Source: Bigelowiella natans CCMP2755
Taxonomy: Eukaryota > Protista > Cercozoa
Length of the DNA: 55,775 nucleotides
Direction of reading: 5' to 3'
NCBI GenBank assembly: GCA_000320545.1
Contig: ADNK01001167.1
Coordinates: 1 to 55,775 of the forward strand
Shown here: piece after piece, positions 1 through 14,182 of the stretch
Numbering within the stretch: position 1 is the stretch's first letter
How the letters are laid out: every line of letters begins with the position of its first letter
Position numbers and translations under genes: made by a program
Notes under the pieces: generated by a model
The model's database searches: none
Seen by the model: only the letters and a program-made list of their open reading frames with translations
What the model was told of the DNA's origin: nothing

Positions 1-509
1 CCTTCTTCAGGTAAACGTATTTCAGTATTTCACCCACCGTCACAAAAAACGGCCCCCTGGTGGGAGTGGTTACACTCAGAACCAGGAGAGGTCCTACATT
101 CTCGACGCGTATTATGGTGTGATTCCGCACAAATTTACAAACGTTACCTAAGATTCTTCACCCCCCTTTGTTGGGAAAAAAGGAGCTCTATGGTGCCCAA
201 GGGGTGAAATCTCATCTTCAAAGGGAGAACGATGGTCGGGGCCACAACATTTTGGGGAAATTCAAGTTCCAACACAAAGTTTGGTCAAATTCGGGGAGGA
301 TTCCTGGGGACCCCTTAAACCTCCAACCATGCCAGAGAAGACGAAAGGGGTTGCCAAAATGGGGGGGGGGGGGGGGGGTATAATAAAGGATGCTGTCAAT
401 GACTCACTTTTCCGCTATTTCTCTCTCGATGCCAATTCATCATGAGAGGGTGGAGATGGTGGCTATTACTCGTCCAAACGACGAAATGCACTAACGTGCA
501 TGCTTGCAG

Positions 510-1194
510 GGGGTTTTGGCTGGTTCGTAAAAGCGAATCGAAGTCGCAGCTGCTCTTCCGCCTCAAGGCAGTTGTTATTTCCTACTCACACATGCACCGT
601 GTCGTATATCACCATGCCGTAGCAGTAGCAGTAGCAGTAGTAGCACAATCGTTCCACGTTGCGAACAGCACAAAGCACTACTTGCTAGGAAGGAGTTGGT
701 GCTGATGATGAGGATCGACGGGCTGCTTCATCTCTCTGCATTTTTTGTCTTCTTTTTGGCCGAATGATATCGGAAAGTGTATCGTTATTTTTGTCCCAGC
801 GCCGCTCATCCCTCTCCCTCCCCCCTCCCCTTCCGTCCTCTCTCGGTCTGCTACTCTTCTTCTCTTCCGTACAGAGCATGCAGCACTCTGTGGGACAGGT
901 GCGACGAGAGTGGAAATTCACTGTTGGCTGAGGAATGATGAACAATGACGATTACGTCAGTGCGCGAGCTGCTTGCCTCTGAGTAGTGTGTGATTGTGTG
1001 GTACTGCTCTGTTTTGAAATCCTGACAGCTTCGTTCCAAGTTGGGACGTCTTGTGGAGAGATTCGAGTAATAATTATAATAGGATCTCAGTTGTATATGT
1101 TTTCCCCGCTGATTTAGACATTTACCTTCCTCCCCGTACAAAACACATTAAAAACCTTGTATATGCACACATTGCACTCCCCCCCCCCCCCCCT

Positions 1195-1229
<35 letters not shown>

Positions 1230-1881
1230 ATCACGCGCATACACACAAACAGCTACGTTATTGTATTCTGAACGGTAAGATCATCATCAATCCCAGCAGC
1301 ACACAATGATCATCATTATCATCATCATCATCACCGTAGCCATGTTTACCTCATAGGAATGAGTGCGCAAAAAAGGATGCAAAGACAAACCACCAGGTCG
1401 TCTCCCCCCTTGCCCCCCCCCTTCTCAAATCTCCTCCTTCTCCTCGCGAGAAGATGGTAATGATAAAAAACCGGATACACGATGACGCACATATAAATAA
1501 AAACAAGAGCACGCTTCATGCACACGCGCGCGCGCACACATCATACGTCTATATGAACCTTATTCGCAACAACACATGGCGATCTCAAGTGGACGCGGTC
1601 TCTCTCCCTTCCTCTCCCCCTCTGCGACTGATGACCATGCATCTTCCTCTTTGTCTGCTTTCAGAGACTCGATATGCGGCAGCAACAAGAAGAAGCAGCA
1701 AAGCAGCTCGTCGAGAGCTGCCTTCTTCATCTTGATAGTAAATCAGGGCCGGTGTGTAGAGATCGCAGTAGTGAGAGGAGGAGGAGGAGGAGGAGGAGGA
1801 GGAGGAGGAGGAGGTGGTGGGGGGTGGTGACTAGCTTGTTGTTGTTGTTGTTGTTATTGATGATGATGATGATGATTCTCC

Positions 1882-1919
<38 letters not shown>

Positions 1920-1962
1920 CGTCTATCTCTGACCTTCATATATTTATTTATTACCGCATGCG

Positions 1963-2001
<39 letters not shown>

Positions 2002-2476
2002 GTATCTATGTGTGTGTGTGTGTGAGAGAGAGCTAATGTGTTTCGTATGCGTGTTTGTGAGGCCCACCCTGGTTCTTATATTGCCCGCAGCTCCTAACGA
2101 ACATCATATCGGAATTCTCCTATGAGAAGGAGAGCAGCACCTCTAAGTTTCAAAAGTACTAGTTTTAATTAAGTTACGTTTGGTGTGAGTGCGGTGTGGT
2201 AGTAGCGTGGGTATATATATTTATATATATATATATACGCACATATAACACAAAACACACGCAGGTGGCAGATAGAGGCTGTTCCTAGAGAGCATATGGT
2301 AGTAGTAGTAGTTAGTAGTAATAGTAGTAGTGTAGTGTACAGATCAATGCGCGACTCACGAACGACACGGAAAAGAAGCAGAAGAAGAAGATGATGAAGA
2401 AGAAGAAGAAGATGATGAAAAAGTAGTAGTACGTGCTACGCAACACACGAGTTTGGAAGAAAGCGGAAGGAGTATG

Positions 2477-2525
<49 letters not shown>

Positions 2526-2947
2526 TTGATGGAAATCGATTTGTATATGTTGTAGCAAGCTGTGGCCGCACTCGTTGTTGGGATTGAAAACACGAATCTT
2601 TTCAAAATGGTGGTGCTAATGATTCCTCCCCCCCCCCCCCGCTCCCCCTCTCTCCTCCCAATCCAAAGAAACCACACACACACACCCTAATAGCGTCAGC
2701 AATGACAACACGTACAAATGATCCATGCCTTCTGCTGACGTAGCTGAGTGTGTGTGTTGTGTACTCGTTCCATGACTTCTATTGTAGGTTGATGACATCA
2801 TCAAATCGAAGAAGTAAGTCGTCAGACTTGGCTGATTTCTTGATGATAAAAATGAAGATTCTTCCTGATTTTTCCCATGCATTGCAGCATCAACCGTGAT
2901 ACTGTACATGCTTGTATATGAACGCATACACTCACATACACGCACAC

Positions 2948-3019
<72 letters not shown>

Positions 3020-3356
3020 TTTATCTCGATATGATTCAACCCCCCCCCCTCCTCTGTAGGTGGTGCGAATTCTGTCCCGATGTCTTGTGCATAAAGTGCG
3101 ATGGAAGTAAAGGAAGGTTGTGACTGGCGCACATGCATTGCCTCACCCCCTCACCACCTTCTCATTTCATCGTTAGAGTCATCATCAACAAACAATATAC
3201 CTCCTCCCCCCCTCGCCCCACCCCCCTCCTCTTCTTCCCTCTCCAGGCATTCAGTAACCAAAGCTCATTTTCTCACAGTTGTCTTCTTGGCTGTACTGCC
3301 ACGGTATATTGACACACCCACAATATGTAGACGAATTCTGTGCAAGAATCGTCGTT

Positions 3357-3390
<34 letters not shown>

Positions 3391-3880
3391 GCAAACTAAG
3401 AATTATTGGTAAACTCAAACTGTCAATGAGGGGGGTGGAGTAGAGTTATCATTCATAATCGTAGGCTGTCGACTGGTGGCGCCTATTACAAGAGAAGGCT
3501 AGGAAACCTGCTTCCAGACGCTAAGGATCTGAGTGGTAGTATGCTCGTGTCTCACACTGACGTTTCTTCTCTTTCTTCTTCCTCTTCTTCTTCTTTTTCT
3601 TCTTCTTCGATTACTACTACCACACTGCTACCGTTGCGCACTTATCACTGTTCACGAAACCGCTGCTGATAATCTTTGAAAACCGGTACGATGTGTACTA
3701 GAACCGCTCAAATCGGAAGTGGTAGCATTGGGGCAAGCTTGGGAAGGACTATGCGATGTTATCAGCTGCCGCACAGGAGATGATTGCCAAGGAGAAGAAG
3801 AAAAAGCAAAAACTGCTAATAATGTAGCTTCAAATGGGGCTCACGATGCACGCCGTGGCGCTTGCTGTGGGCCCGACTAG
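510..3880 (+). CDS. Multi-exon gene of unknown function (probably 5'-partial), with a Cys-rich exon (WCEFCPDVLCIKCDG)
   Basis: A series of short AG..GT-bounded open segments between microsatellite introns (e.g. RLDMRQQQEEAAKQLVESCLLHLDSKSGP, LLTNIISEFSYEKESSTSKFQK, QAVAALVVGIENTNLFKM, WCEFCPDVLCIKCDGSKGR). The last exon ends ...GACCGPD-TAG at 3880. The exon chain is not fully resolved. Confidence 0.5.
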
Positions 3881-4466
3881 CCGATACGGTGACTGAGTAG
3901 TTGTTAGTGACGAAGGTGCACGGCACACATGCCGATTGCTACATTTTGCACGTATGCGCAATATTGCTGCTGTGTCTGAAATGCTTTATTGGCACTATGT
4001 ACCATGGGTCGCATTAAAAAAGGCGCATCAGGTCACCTAGTTATTACACTGAGCACTAGGGCATTGCGAACTGGCACAAAATGCATTGGATGGCACAATG
4101 CGTGTGTGTGTCCAGTTAGTTTTGCACTGTCATATTTGATGCATACAGGCTTGTAGTCCACATGCGTGCATTTTGCGTATTCTACGACATGTGTATCAAC
4201 CACTTCACATGTACCTGCAACCTCACATGCGCCACACATCAGAGCACACATGTACCCACATGCATCCATCGTGTAGGGACTCATAGTCCATATAGATGAA
4301 TGAGCTCTTCACAAGTTGCGGCAACCATTCTCACATGTTTCACAAATCAGCATCACAGCACATGGCCGCCAGTCTAGCTAGCGGCACAGCTACACTAGTA
4401 CAGCTAGCTGGGTTCATTGCAACAGATTGTTGACAATGTTCATTGCAGATTGTGGCATGCATCAGA

Positions 4467-4672
4467 CAGATGGATGAAATAATGAAGTAAATCAAATGTT
4501 TTGCATGGCTAGTGGTCATTCTAATATTCTGATGTTGACATGATCATTGTGCAAAGCAGCGGCTACAATGACGCCTATGTTATTACATGCATTTGCTTCT
4601 GACATCATTGACAAGATCAAGTGCCTCATACATTTATTAAAAGCTAGAGAGTCTCTGTATGTTGTCGTCACC
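4467..4672 (+). mobile_element. Degenerate third copy of the GAGACGG MITE-like family
   Basis: CAGATGGATG...AATGAAG..AATCAAAT...TGGTCATTCT...TGTGCAAAGCAGCGGCTACA matches the 27906 copy (TGTGCAATGCAGCGGCTACA). Ends are eroded. Confidence 0.5.
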
Positions 4673-4884
4673 TTGTTTTACACAGTTCGCGCGCAGCGGC
4701 ATGCCATAGCATGCATATATAGCTGCTACCATAAATCATGCACACTTCTAGATGCAGTCTAGTCTAGTAGGTCGTAACAGTTGCATAGTTACATATAGAG
4801 CATACATTATTGAGACGGACTTGTCAGCACCCCATTGGTGGGAGGATTTTAAGTAATAGATTATTCGTTTATGCTCTCTCACTC

Positions 4885-6924
4885 TTACTGTCTCTGATAT
4901 TCCAAGTAAAGCCGTTCTAATTTGTCCCCTATGTTTTTGTCGGGTCCATTTTTTATTTTTTGGAAGAGTTCATTAGTTTCTTTTTTTTGATAAGTCTGGC
5001 ATTCTTCCTTAAAATAAACTCGTTCCTGACTAAAATAGTAAGTAAAATCTTGAAACATATTGTTGTTTTCGTGTGCCTCGATGTAAGCTATAGCAAAGTC
5101 CTTGGCTGTCATCCCGATGTACCAGTCATTTGGGTCATGGTCAGCATCATTTATTTTTCTATCCGAATGATTTTCGCGTGCCCAAATCCTCCATCCTTTC
5201 TCTATTTTCTTTTTTGAAACTTTTAGCTGCTTACAAGAAAGCTTCCAAAACTCGGTATTCTTCTCCATCCCCGAAAACATCCTGAAGCCAAGGAGAGTAA
5301 TCCTTCCCTTGATTTTCAAATTCTCCACCATCTCTTCGGATGGTTTTTGAAATAAGTCAATGAGATATCTCAACGAGAAACCGATACCAGTCAAGGTGAG
5401 AGAAGCCCACCACAATGGCGGGAAAAAAGCTAAAACCCCAGCCGCGACGTAGCAACAGGATTCCGCACAGGATGCAGTAAGTACCCCTGTTGTTAGATTG
5501 CCTTCTTTATATAAACGTACTGTTTCTCCAACGGTACCCACAAGACATATTGCCTGGGCTACTGCTCCTAAAATTGGAATTGCAGCTACACAATGATATA
5601 AAGGGGAAACTGAATGTACAACTTTGAAATTCCTGATAATCGCCAGCGCATCACCAACAAGACTAAGTCCACCCCTGCATCGCAATTCTTGTATTGAAAG
5701 CAACGAAATTTTGTTTTTTATTGAGTCCTGTGTCTTAATTAGAACTTGAAAATACTCCATAATCTTGTCCTGTATTTCGGTATCAGTGCTCACCAGATAG
5801 TTTTTAAAAAAATCTTTGAAGTGCTTCGTCCATAAGTTGCTATCAACTTCGTTTGCTTTCTGGTCATTGCCTTGGTAACGGTAGACAAGTTTGAAGCCTT
5901 CTCTATCAAGTTTTTTTAAAAGGGACTTTGGATGGAGATCTTTAAGTCGCACACAGAGTGTTACTACACTTAACAGTTTCTTGTATGTTCCGTGTTTCCA
6001 TTCTTTATTTTTAACGCCAGTTACACATTTTTCGAGGTTTAATCTTTCACAGATCTTTTGGAATGCTTTTTCATCCTCTTTTGCTAATTGATTGTTGCCC
6101 CACAGTTTATCAGCAAGTTTGACATCGTCGTCATTGATCTCTGGCCTAGTTCTCCAAACCATGAAATGCTCATTTTCCATCTTAATCCAGCGAATTTCTC
6201 CCAATTTTTGCATGACCATTGCCCGTGCAGTTTGTTCAACAAACACCTCATATTCATCGAAGATCGGCTTAAAATAGAAGTTCCAGTCTCCTTCACTTAC
6301 AGACGAATTAACGCAAATATCCAATATGTCGCCACCACTCACTAACTCACCCGTCGTAGGACTTTTTTTTTCCCTTTTAACAACCCCATCAAGAACATGT
6401 TTTGGTGTCACGTTTCGAAGTTTACACAAGGTTTCTGCCTTTGAAAGTTGGATCTCGTAGTTGGCCATCCACCATCTTTTGAGTTCATAATCGTCATCTT
6501 CACGGTGATCATGTAAGCTTTCAAAGATCTCGATAAACTCTCTGATCTTTGCAATCAGTGCCGATTTGGGACAGCATAAAAGCTCCTCAATGACTCTAAC
6601 TTGATTGTCGGTGATTTTTTTGCTAATCTTAAACCAATTCTTGACATTTCCTCGCGTCAACACACTGCAATGAAATGATCAAATATCAGAGAATTACATA
6701 TTACATAGGTGTTGAGAATCACAAAAATTACCTTTGAGCAACATGTTTTTTGGAATGTTTGCTATCGTGGAAGCCCGTGTTTCTTTTGTTGTTTTTGGAA
6801 CTTCTTCTAAGTAGAACAATTGAATGTGTTTACATTTACATAGGTCTTAAGAATCAAAATACATATACCTTCGATTTTTTTTGGTGTGCTTGTGATCGTC
6901 ATTAGTTTCCATGCGGTTGCTCAT
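4885..6924 (-). CDS. ~635-aa protein with a hydrophobic helical segment and a C-terminal degenerate J-domain (HSD instead of HPD)
   Basis: The 592-aa ORF 4885-6663 is extended upstream by two small exons (MSNRMETNDDHKHTKKNR; VPKTTKETRASTIANIPKNMLLK) with GT-AG introns; ATG at 6924. KKIEKGWRIWARENHSDR resembles DnaJ helix II-HPD. Confidence 0.75.
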
Positions 6925-7481
6925 TTTTTTATGCTTCAGATGAGAAATGCCAGGAGAAGAAAATATCTTATTTTCTTCCTTTTTATCACAACCAGCAACA
7001 CCCATACGACGGTTGCCACTGGGTTGAGGGGAGTTTTCTCTCGTAGGCCGGCGAAGAATCCAACGCCCCTCTTCCATGGAACTGATGAGGTAACACAAAA
7101 TCAAATCGCATACGTTGCGCATTGCGCATAACGTTGTTCATCCACATCAGTTTTAAAAAAAAAAAAAAAAAGATAGATCTACTCGTCAGCATCCGCGAAG
7201 CTCTCCGCCATTATGCGAGAGGGGGGTGTCTGGGTGCGGTCTCGTTGAGTTCTGAGTTCTGAGCAGAGCTCAATGTCGGCCTTCGTTCCGAATAAAAAAA
7301 ATAATAATAATCCGAAGTGCAGTGCATCATTTTATGACAAACAAAACAAATGGCCTGGGTTTGTGGAAAAAAGACACGATAATGATTGGAATATATCCTA
7401 ATATCACCTTCTAAAAGCGACCTGGCACCGATCGGCAGAGAAGGAGTTTGCTCCTTTCGTAAAATAGTCATAAATTAATGC

Positions 7482-7656
7482 GGGGCGTCAGGGGCGTCAG
7501 GTGCGTCAGGTGCGTCAGGGGCTATCGCGACATTGAACAAAACTTTGTCGCAAGTGATTTTAAGCTTGCAATCCTGGCAAACGTTAAGGGCCAATTGTCA
7601 TCAGTGCGTCAGGAGACAGAAACGTTTCGAAGGGCGTCAGGGCGTCAGAACGTCAG
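7482..7656 (+). repeat. Cluster of CGTCAG repeats (9-bp tandem x4 at 7482-7521, then 4 more copies to 7656)
   Basis: GGGGCGTCAGGGGCGTCAGGTGCGTCAGGTGCGTCAGGGG, then TGCGTCAGG and GGGCGTCAGGGCGTCAGAACGTCAGG. Confidence 0.85.
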
Positions 7657-9232
7657 GGACGCCACGGCATGCAACAGGTGTTCTTCCTCCCTTCCCCCCC
7701 CCCCCCCCCCCCTCTCTCTTTTTCTCTCTCTCTATCTCTCTTTCTCTCACAAAATTCTCAAGATTCCAGACGAAACCTCCCAAAAGGAGAGAACCCCAGC
7801 ACAAATGAATGCTTTTTCGAAAGAATGGCGCCTTCCTACTTCTCACACGTCACGAGTTGAACGTTGAAGGTGGTCCCCTGAAAACCACCCATTCGGCTGG
7901 CGCAGTAGACATTGATGATGAGAAGGAGAAACTCAGAGAACTTCTCTTGTTTTTCGTGTGTGCAGCGTGGAAAGGGGGTTGGGACACATTGCCAGATTGA
8001 ACCTTGCAAGTCTTGCGCACTCAAATTGCATTCAGCGAACAGAGGAGATGAAGGTTCTGCATGTCATTCCACGCAAGCGCAGTCATGATTCAGCAGCCCG
8101 GAATGAGTAGTCTGAATGCTTCCAAGATCACGCAAAGGCACACCACCTGCTGAACGTGATTTCTCATCCGCACGGCACAGTTCCCATGTGATGGCTCGTC
8201 GAAAAACGAAGAAGCAACAAACATGACAGATCAAGTGATGCGAAGAAAACTTCAGTTTTGCACGGAAGGACCAGGGCAATGTTGGCTGCAAGCAGGAGAG
8301 AGGGCTGGATGATGTCAAGTGCGATTGCATGGGACATGCATCATTCATCAAATCATTGCAAATGTGCAAATGTGCCTTCTTTCAAGATCATTGTTTGCAT
8401 GATCATTTCTTGCATTTCCGCATTGAATCATCATGATCTAATTGCAGCTAGCTAGCTAGCTACTAGATCTAGAAGAAGGCTTGTGAACACATGGACATGT
8501 GACAAACACCCACAGTCCAACCTAGCAATGCTGACAGTGTGCGGAGCAAAGGTTCAAACAATGCACATAATGGACACAGGAATCCCATGTGCATGACACA
8601 TTGTGCACATGTAGCATTCCCTGTCCATGATGATTTCATGATTCTCATTGACCTCTTCACTTAGTTGCATCCTAGCATTGCATGATGACTACAAATTACG
8701 ATTTGCCTCCCCAGTACTATGACCTTTGCACCCTCCGACTGCTTCCGTTCAATGTGACAAAATTGCTTTCCAGAAGTAGTCTTCATTATTCAGGCTAGTA
8801 CGTCCACAGGAGATCAACTATGCAAATACGAGGCATTGTTGTTATTATATACCACGCCTCGAACTAATTAGGAGCTGTAAAGTCTGCCTGATGACGAATA
8901 AGATTGTGCTGTCTTATTCCGTTCCATCATCATGCAGATCACCATTGCTCGTGGAGCGCGTGTGGTGATTTTTTTTTCATCCGCTGTCGCTCAATGCCAG
9001 TCCGTGAAGGCACCGGCGACGTTTAGGATCACCCCCCTTTCTCCATAAGCTCGGCAATGTCTCGCCTCTATGTATAGGAGTGTGAGATGAGTGGGTATCA
9101 GTAAGTGTGTTTTCGCTAGGAATCGCGTGCAACCTCTTCGTTCCATGCCTCGGCTGCTGCTCCATTAAGAATCTGATGTGCATAGACGAGCAATGCTCTC
9201 ATAGGCATACGGTGGACCTCAACGTACCAGGA

Positions 9233-9512
9233 CTACTTTTCGTGGAGGTATACCTTGATTGCCTTGTCCACATCGCCTCCGGCTTTCTCTAATGCTTCCA
9301 TATTCTCATCCTCATCTACAAACCCCAGCGTCGCAAGCTGATGTATGCAGATATAACGAACATATATTTTCTTCTTGCTACTATGTAGTCTGTACAAAAT
9401 GGGCCAGCACCAATGTGTGGTCCTCCAGAAAGGCCTGTGTAATACCTTCACAAGAGTTTCTTTCGACATCTCAATTGAACGTGTATTTGCCTCCTCAGTG
9501 CAGCGAGCGAGA
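9233..9512 (-). CDS. 3' exons of a UBA-domain protein (upstream exons, probably within 9560-10470, unresolved)
   Basis: Spliced product (intron ~9339-9446, GT-AG): ...EMSKETLVK|LATLGFVDEDENMEALEKAGGDVDKAIKVYLHEK*. This matches the UBA consensus (L..MGF......AL....GDV..A...L). Confidence 0.7.
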
Positions 9513-12166
9513 CTGAAAAATAAACGGTGCAACAATCGTATCAATGCCGGTTGCTCTACCGGATTTAGGATGGAGACTTTCGCTAGATAGCTACATTAAA
9601 GATGGCCTGGTAGCATAGATAACTCGTGGCGTTAGAGTTGGCCGAATCCGAGCCGCATGCCTGCAAGTCGGCGGAGCTCGGTAACTTAAACTTAGCTTGT
9701 TGGTGCGCCCACGTCTAATCCCGAGGACGTCATCCGATAGCATTAAGACAACCAGACAGCACGCTGAGGGGGGACATGGGGGTGAGAAGATAAAATAAAA
9801 CGCTTCAATAGCATGGGGAAGGGATAATTGCACCTGCTGCCACCGTGATGAAGGCGGATGAACGCATCTCAACCGCAGAGGAGAGGGTTGACACGTCGAC
9901 CGAAGATGAAGCACCGTTGGTCAGGGAATAGGGAAACTGATTTTTGGTCCTTGTCGCAAGAGGAAAGTGGCAGGATCAATTGTTTACCAACTAGAAATTG
10001 CTTTTTTGATGTCGTAGGTTCTAAATGGTCAAGCTTTCTTATCCTCCGAGCTCCAGACTCCGCTTTCTTCTGAAATTTTCTTGGACTGCTGCCAAGTATC
10101 AGATTTCAGGCTTGCGACAACTCGTAAAGAAGATTTTAAAAAATGAGCTCAAAATTCTCCGAAGACGGCCCGTCCAGGCAAGCGGAGTTTGGTAAAATTT
10201 CCGGCCGATGATTTCCTGGATTTCCGAAGGTACCAATACACAGGGCGTTTCGATGAGATTTATTCTAAATCCCGGAATTTCCGTTAGTCCTTCTTTACAC
10301 CTGCTATTTTTGTCGTAAGTAAACACACCTCCATTCAAACTAGGGTTCAGAAGTGGCGTACAGCAGTACAACATCCAAAAAGGCAGGGGATTTACACCCT
10401 TCCACGGACAGGCAAAAGATATCGTCAGCTTGCCTCCGTTGCCAACAGAAAAAAGGGCCAAACTATATCCCAAAAGGCAGATCTTTCAATGCTGTCCCAA
10501 GCTAAAATTATCAATAAAATGAGGAAACGGGGTTCTTATGAATTCAGACAAAAGATAGACAATTACTCTATTTGGCTGTCAAAAATATGCTACAAATAAA
10601 GGGTAGCTGAGTTAATAATGTTGCAATTACGGCATCATCTAAGCATAATCAAACACATTTTGTATACATAAAGTCTGAGTTTATTTTCTTTTAGCCCTTC
10701 GCACAATTTAAGTCTGAAGGACCAACGGTACAACACGTATCAGCGGCTTGTAACCCCTCCCCGTCGGTCTTTGCCTCCCCTAATGCCACCCTCCCGCTCT
10801 ACAAAGCCTGCCTTCAAGGCTACCGATTGCAGTTCTGTCATAAATAAATGGCTAAGGTGTGTGCAAATGTGTTGTTGTTTGCTAGATAGCGAACAGATGT
10901 GACATCGTCTGTCTGCCAGTAGCAGGATGCTGCTCATGTTCGTGTACTCACGGCAAGTTTTGTTGCAGTAACCAAGGAAAGAAGTCAAATCGGATGCATT
11001 TCAAGGAAATTGACGGTAGCTTCCCCTTAGCAGCAATAATCCGCTGTCGCAACAGTCAAAGGAGGAAGACGTGCTGAGACCTAGAGCTGTTGTGCTCTGT
11101 GTACATCTTTAGCGTATACACCAGCTCCGGAATCTAGTTTCAACTCAACCTCACATATGTTGTGAGCTGTTCTATATGGACCAAGACGCTTCCTTCACCA
11201 TTTAATTTCACATATCTTTTCCTTAATATTGGCATATTAAATAGAAAATTTAGTTAACTAAATAGAAATATTTTAATTATCATTAGAAGTCAATTAAACA
11301 GTATGTTTTTGTCTGAGTGTAGAATCAACCAAAAAAACATACGAAAGATCTAGCAGAAATTATCAATTTAAGAGGAGAAATAAAGGCCTTGGGTACTCCT
11401 GAGACAAAGTGTGGTCGTTCGTTCGACAATAGGTAGATTACGTCTGTCTGCAGATAGATACATAGCCTTAAATCATTGATTCACAGTGCATGATTGATGC
11501 ACAGTGGAATAAAGAATCTGGCTAGAATGAGCTATGTGCTTGCATCATTGGAACGTTAACTGGTAACGCAACGATATGATATGATCGCACAATGGAATGT
11601 GACGTAGACATCATCCTGTGCATTGCAAGATGGTGTGTTTTGCTCTGTCTTAGCTGTGCATTGTGCTCGTATTACATCTGGGCTAGTAGACATCACAACG
11701 GACACACGCAAACTAGCAAATCCAGCCATGCACCGATCGCATCTGCTAGCTAGCTAGCTCTAGAGCTACAGCTAGTAGCTAGCTGCGATGCAATGCGATG
11801 ATTGCAAGCCATCATGGCATGCTAGCACTAGAGCATGCAGTGACAGACACGCTACACATGCGAGCACCGCCTTGCAACATCGCCACTGCAGACTGCTGTT
11901 GTCACTAGATGATGCACCAGTCTATCGCTAGCAATGTCGCTATACCATGTGTACGACTCAATCTAGCAATTGCATTGATATCACGCTCTTGCGCTGCTAT
12001 AGCACTGCTAGCGATGAATGGGCGCATGTTTGCTAGTTGCATGCCTTCGATTCTAGCGTATAGCCATGCTTGCATGCAGCCATCATATTTTAGCGCTAGA
12101 GGCGGTTGCGAAGACATACATGCTCCTTGTTTGGTTGTCATTGTGTCATTGTCACTTGCATGCACA

Positions 12167-12205
<39 letters not shown>

Positions 12206-12548
12206 GGTCTAGCTAGCTAGCGATAGCTATAGGTGTGTGCACACATCCATCACTAGATCATCGTATTCATCTCCGCACGTGCGTGTTGCGCATTCATTTT
12301 GCTTGTCAGGATCGAGCAATGACGAATGAAAATTGTCTGGTCGCTCGCTCGCAGAACAATGCAGAGTCAAAGACATGCTGTGAGTCACGATTTTGTTGCA
12401 CATCTAGGCATCTGACGATGATAAGAGACCATGCTGACCCCGCACAAATGTGGTATAGCATACTTGAGGATACATGAAAGTGCTGCGGGGTCTAATGCGA
12501 AATGGGTAGTTACAATAATCATCATTATTATCATTTGCGTCGACTCTG

Positions 12549-13000
12549 TCATTCGGCCCTTCGAACAGCCTTTCCGACGACTGTGAGAGCGACAACCGTG
12601 AGTGACTTTGCCAGGTCGTCAAACGTAGGTAGCACCGCCGGGTCTCCACCTAACCAAAACAGCGCCCAAGCATCATTTGAAGTTGGATGGCCCCGGCTTC
12701 CATTGTCTTGGGTTAGATACAATCGTCATTCATCGCGATCATCGTACCTTGAGTGCATTGCTTTGCAAGCGACCTGAGAGACTGGTGCGAACACTGCGTC
12801 TCTGCTGTGACTTCTCCTTTCGCCGGGAATACTTCGGAAAACCTGACGAGATCATCAAGAAGCCAACCGAACGATCTAACCTGTAGCGCACCATGCACGT
12901 AAACCAAACAGTCAGTTTTCTTCTGTTTTCCCATGAGGGGGATGGCGCGGGGTTTCCAGTCGCTACCAGACCGCGAGGGCTCAGAAAGGCGATCGCGCGT

Positions 13001-13041
<41 letters not shown>

Positions 13042-14130
13042 TTTTCAGTATTGTTGGCGGAATTTCATCTGAAGGTTATCCTGTCCAAAAACGATGACAT
13101 TAGCGCAAACGCACACACGACCGACCTCTATCCCTTGCATCTGCGGCTGCAGCTCTTTTGGGTACACGAATGCCGCTCCGAAGTCACTCAGTCTAATAGA
13201 CCCCTTGCTGTCTTTAAGCGTGTTGTGGAGGTAGATGTCTCTGGCAACGTATTGAGTTGGATGGAGGAGAGAGGGGGGGGGGGGGGAGAAGAAGTAGCAG
13301 TAGCAGAAACAGTCGAAATCAAATGCGTGGTGATCATCGGCGAAACATTACTAGAAACGTCTGAGTGAAGGAGGATAGAGATGATGACGAGGAGGAAGAG
13401 ATTCTGTTAATGACGGTACCCGTGAGCGATATTGTGCTTGTGAAGATGACGTGCGGCGTCGCACACGGCCATTGCGACCTTAAGGGCGAACTGTATATTC
13501 ATTAGCCCCTCCCCTTTGGCCTGTGTGTCACGAGTACACGAGTCGAGGCTCGGGGGACCCCCCACTGCTTTCGCGCCCTGAGCGAGGAGGACACACGCCA
13601 GCGATCCAAGCACAGGGGAGACGCGAGAATGGTACAGAGAAGAGATTTATCGTCGATAGACAGTCATTCACTTGTTTCAACCTCTACCTCTCTCGGTGTC
13701 GGTTTTTATAGAATATAATGAACAGGCACTCCTTTAAACCTTGTCTAATTGCTAGTGCAATGCTGCCTATCCCCTCTATCACCCCCGCCCCCCCCCCCCT
13801 CCCTAGTCTTCCTACCTCCAGGAGCTCTAGGACAAGCCCGAGGTGAGGGGTCTTGAAGGTGCCAATACTGGATAAGATGTGCGAGTGTGGTGGCAGCACC
13901 TTGTTGAGCTTCCATTCGTCGGCGGCCGTCCCATCGGAGAAATGAGCGCCACGGTACTCCTTCACAGCAACCTGATTTCCCCCCATTCGTTTGTGGGGGA
14001 GGAGGAAGAGAAGGAGAAGAAGAAGAAGAAGAAGGAGACAGAAGGAGGAGGAGGAGGAGAAGCGGATATGTTAAGCATCAATACTACACCCTGAGCACTA
14101 TTTACCTTACAATCAAGTATACACGTATGC

Positions 14131-14182
<52 letters not shown>

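Noticed and set aside
1-380. Homopolymer-rich 5' edge with a 71-aa ORF
   Set aside because: No recognisable motif; may be upstream exons of the first gene or lower-quality sequence.
1674-3412. ORFs with poly-R, LSLSLS, YIYIYI or HTHTHT tracts (also throughout the window)
   Set aside because: Translations of intronic (GGA)n, (CT)n, (AT)n and (AC)n microsatellites.
7809-8050. Short ORF (…LLLFFVCAAWKGGWDTLPD*) vaguely like the ankyrin gene's C-terminal motif
   Set aside because: Too short, interrupted by a stop and without splice support.
9890-10080. Possible FHA-like exon (QRCFIFGR) upstream of the UBA exons
   Set aside because: Could not recover the later FHA motifs (SRxH, N) or a consistent splice path.
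10500-11450. AT-rich stretch with short exon-like pieces
   Set aside because: No coherent ORF, splice chain or repeat structure could be supported.
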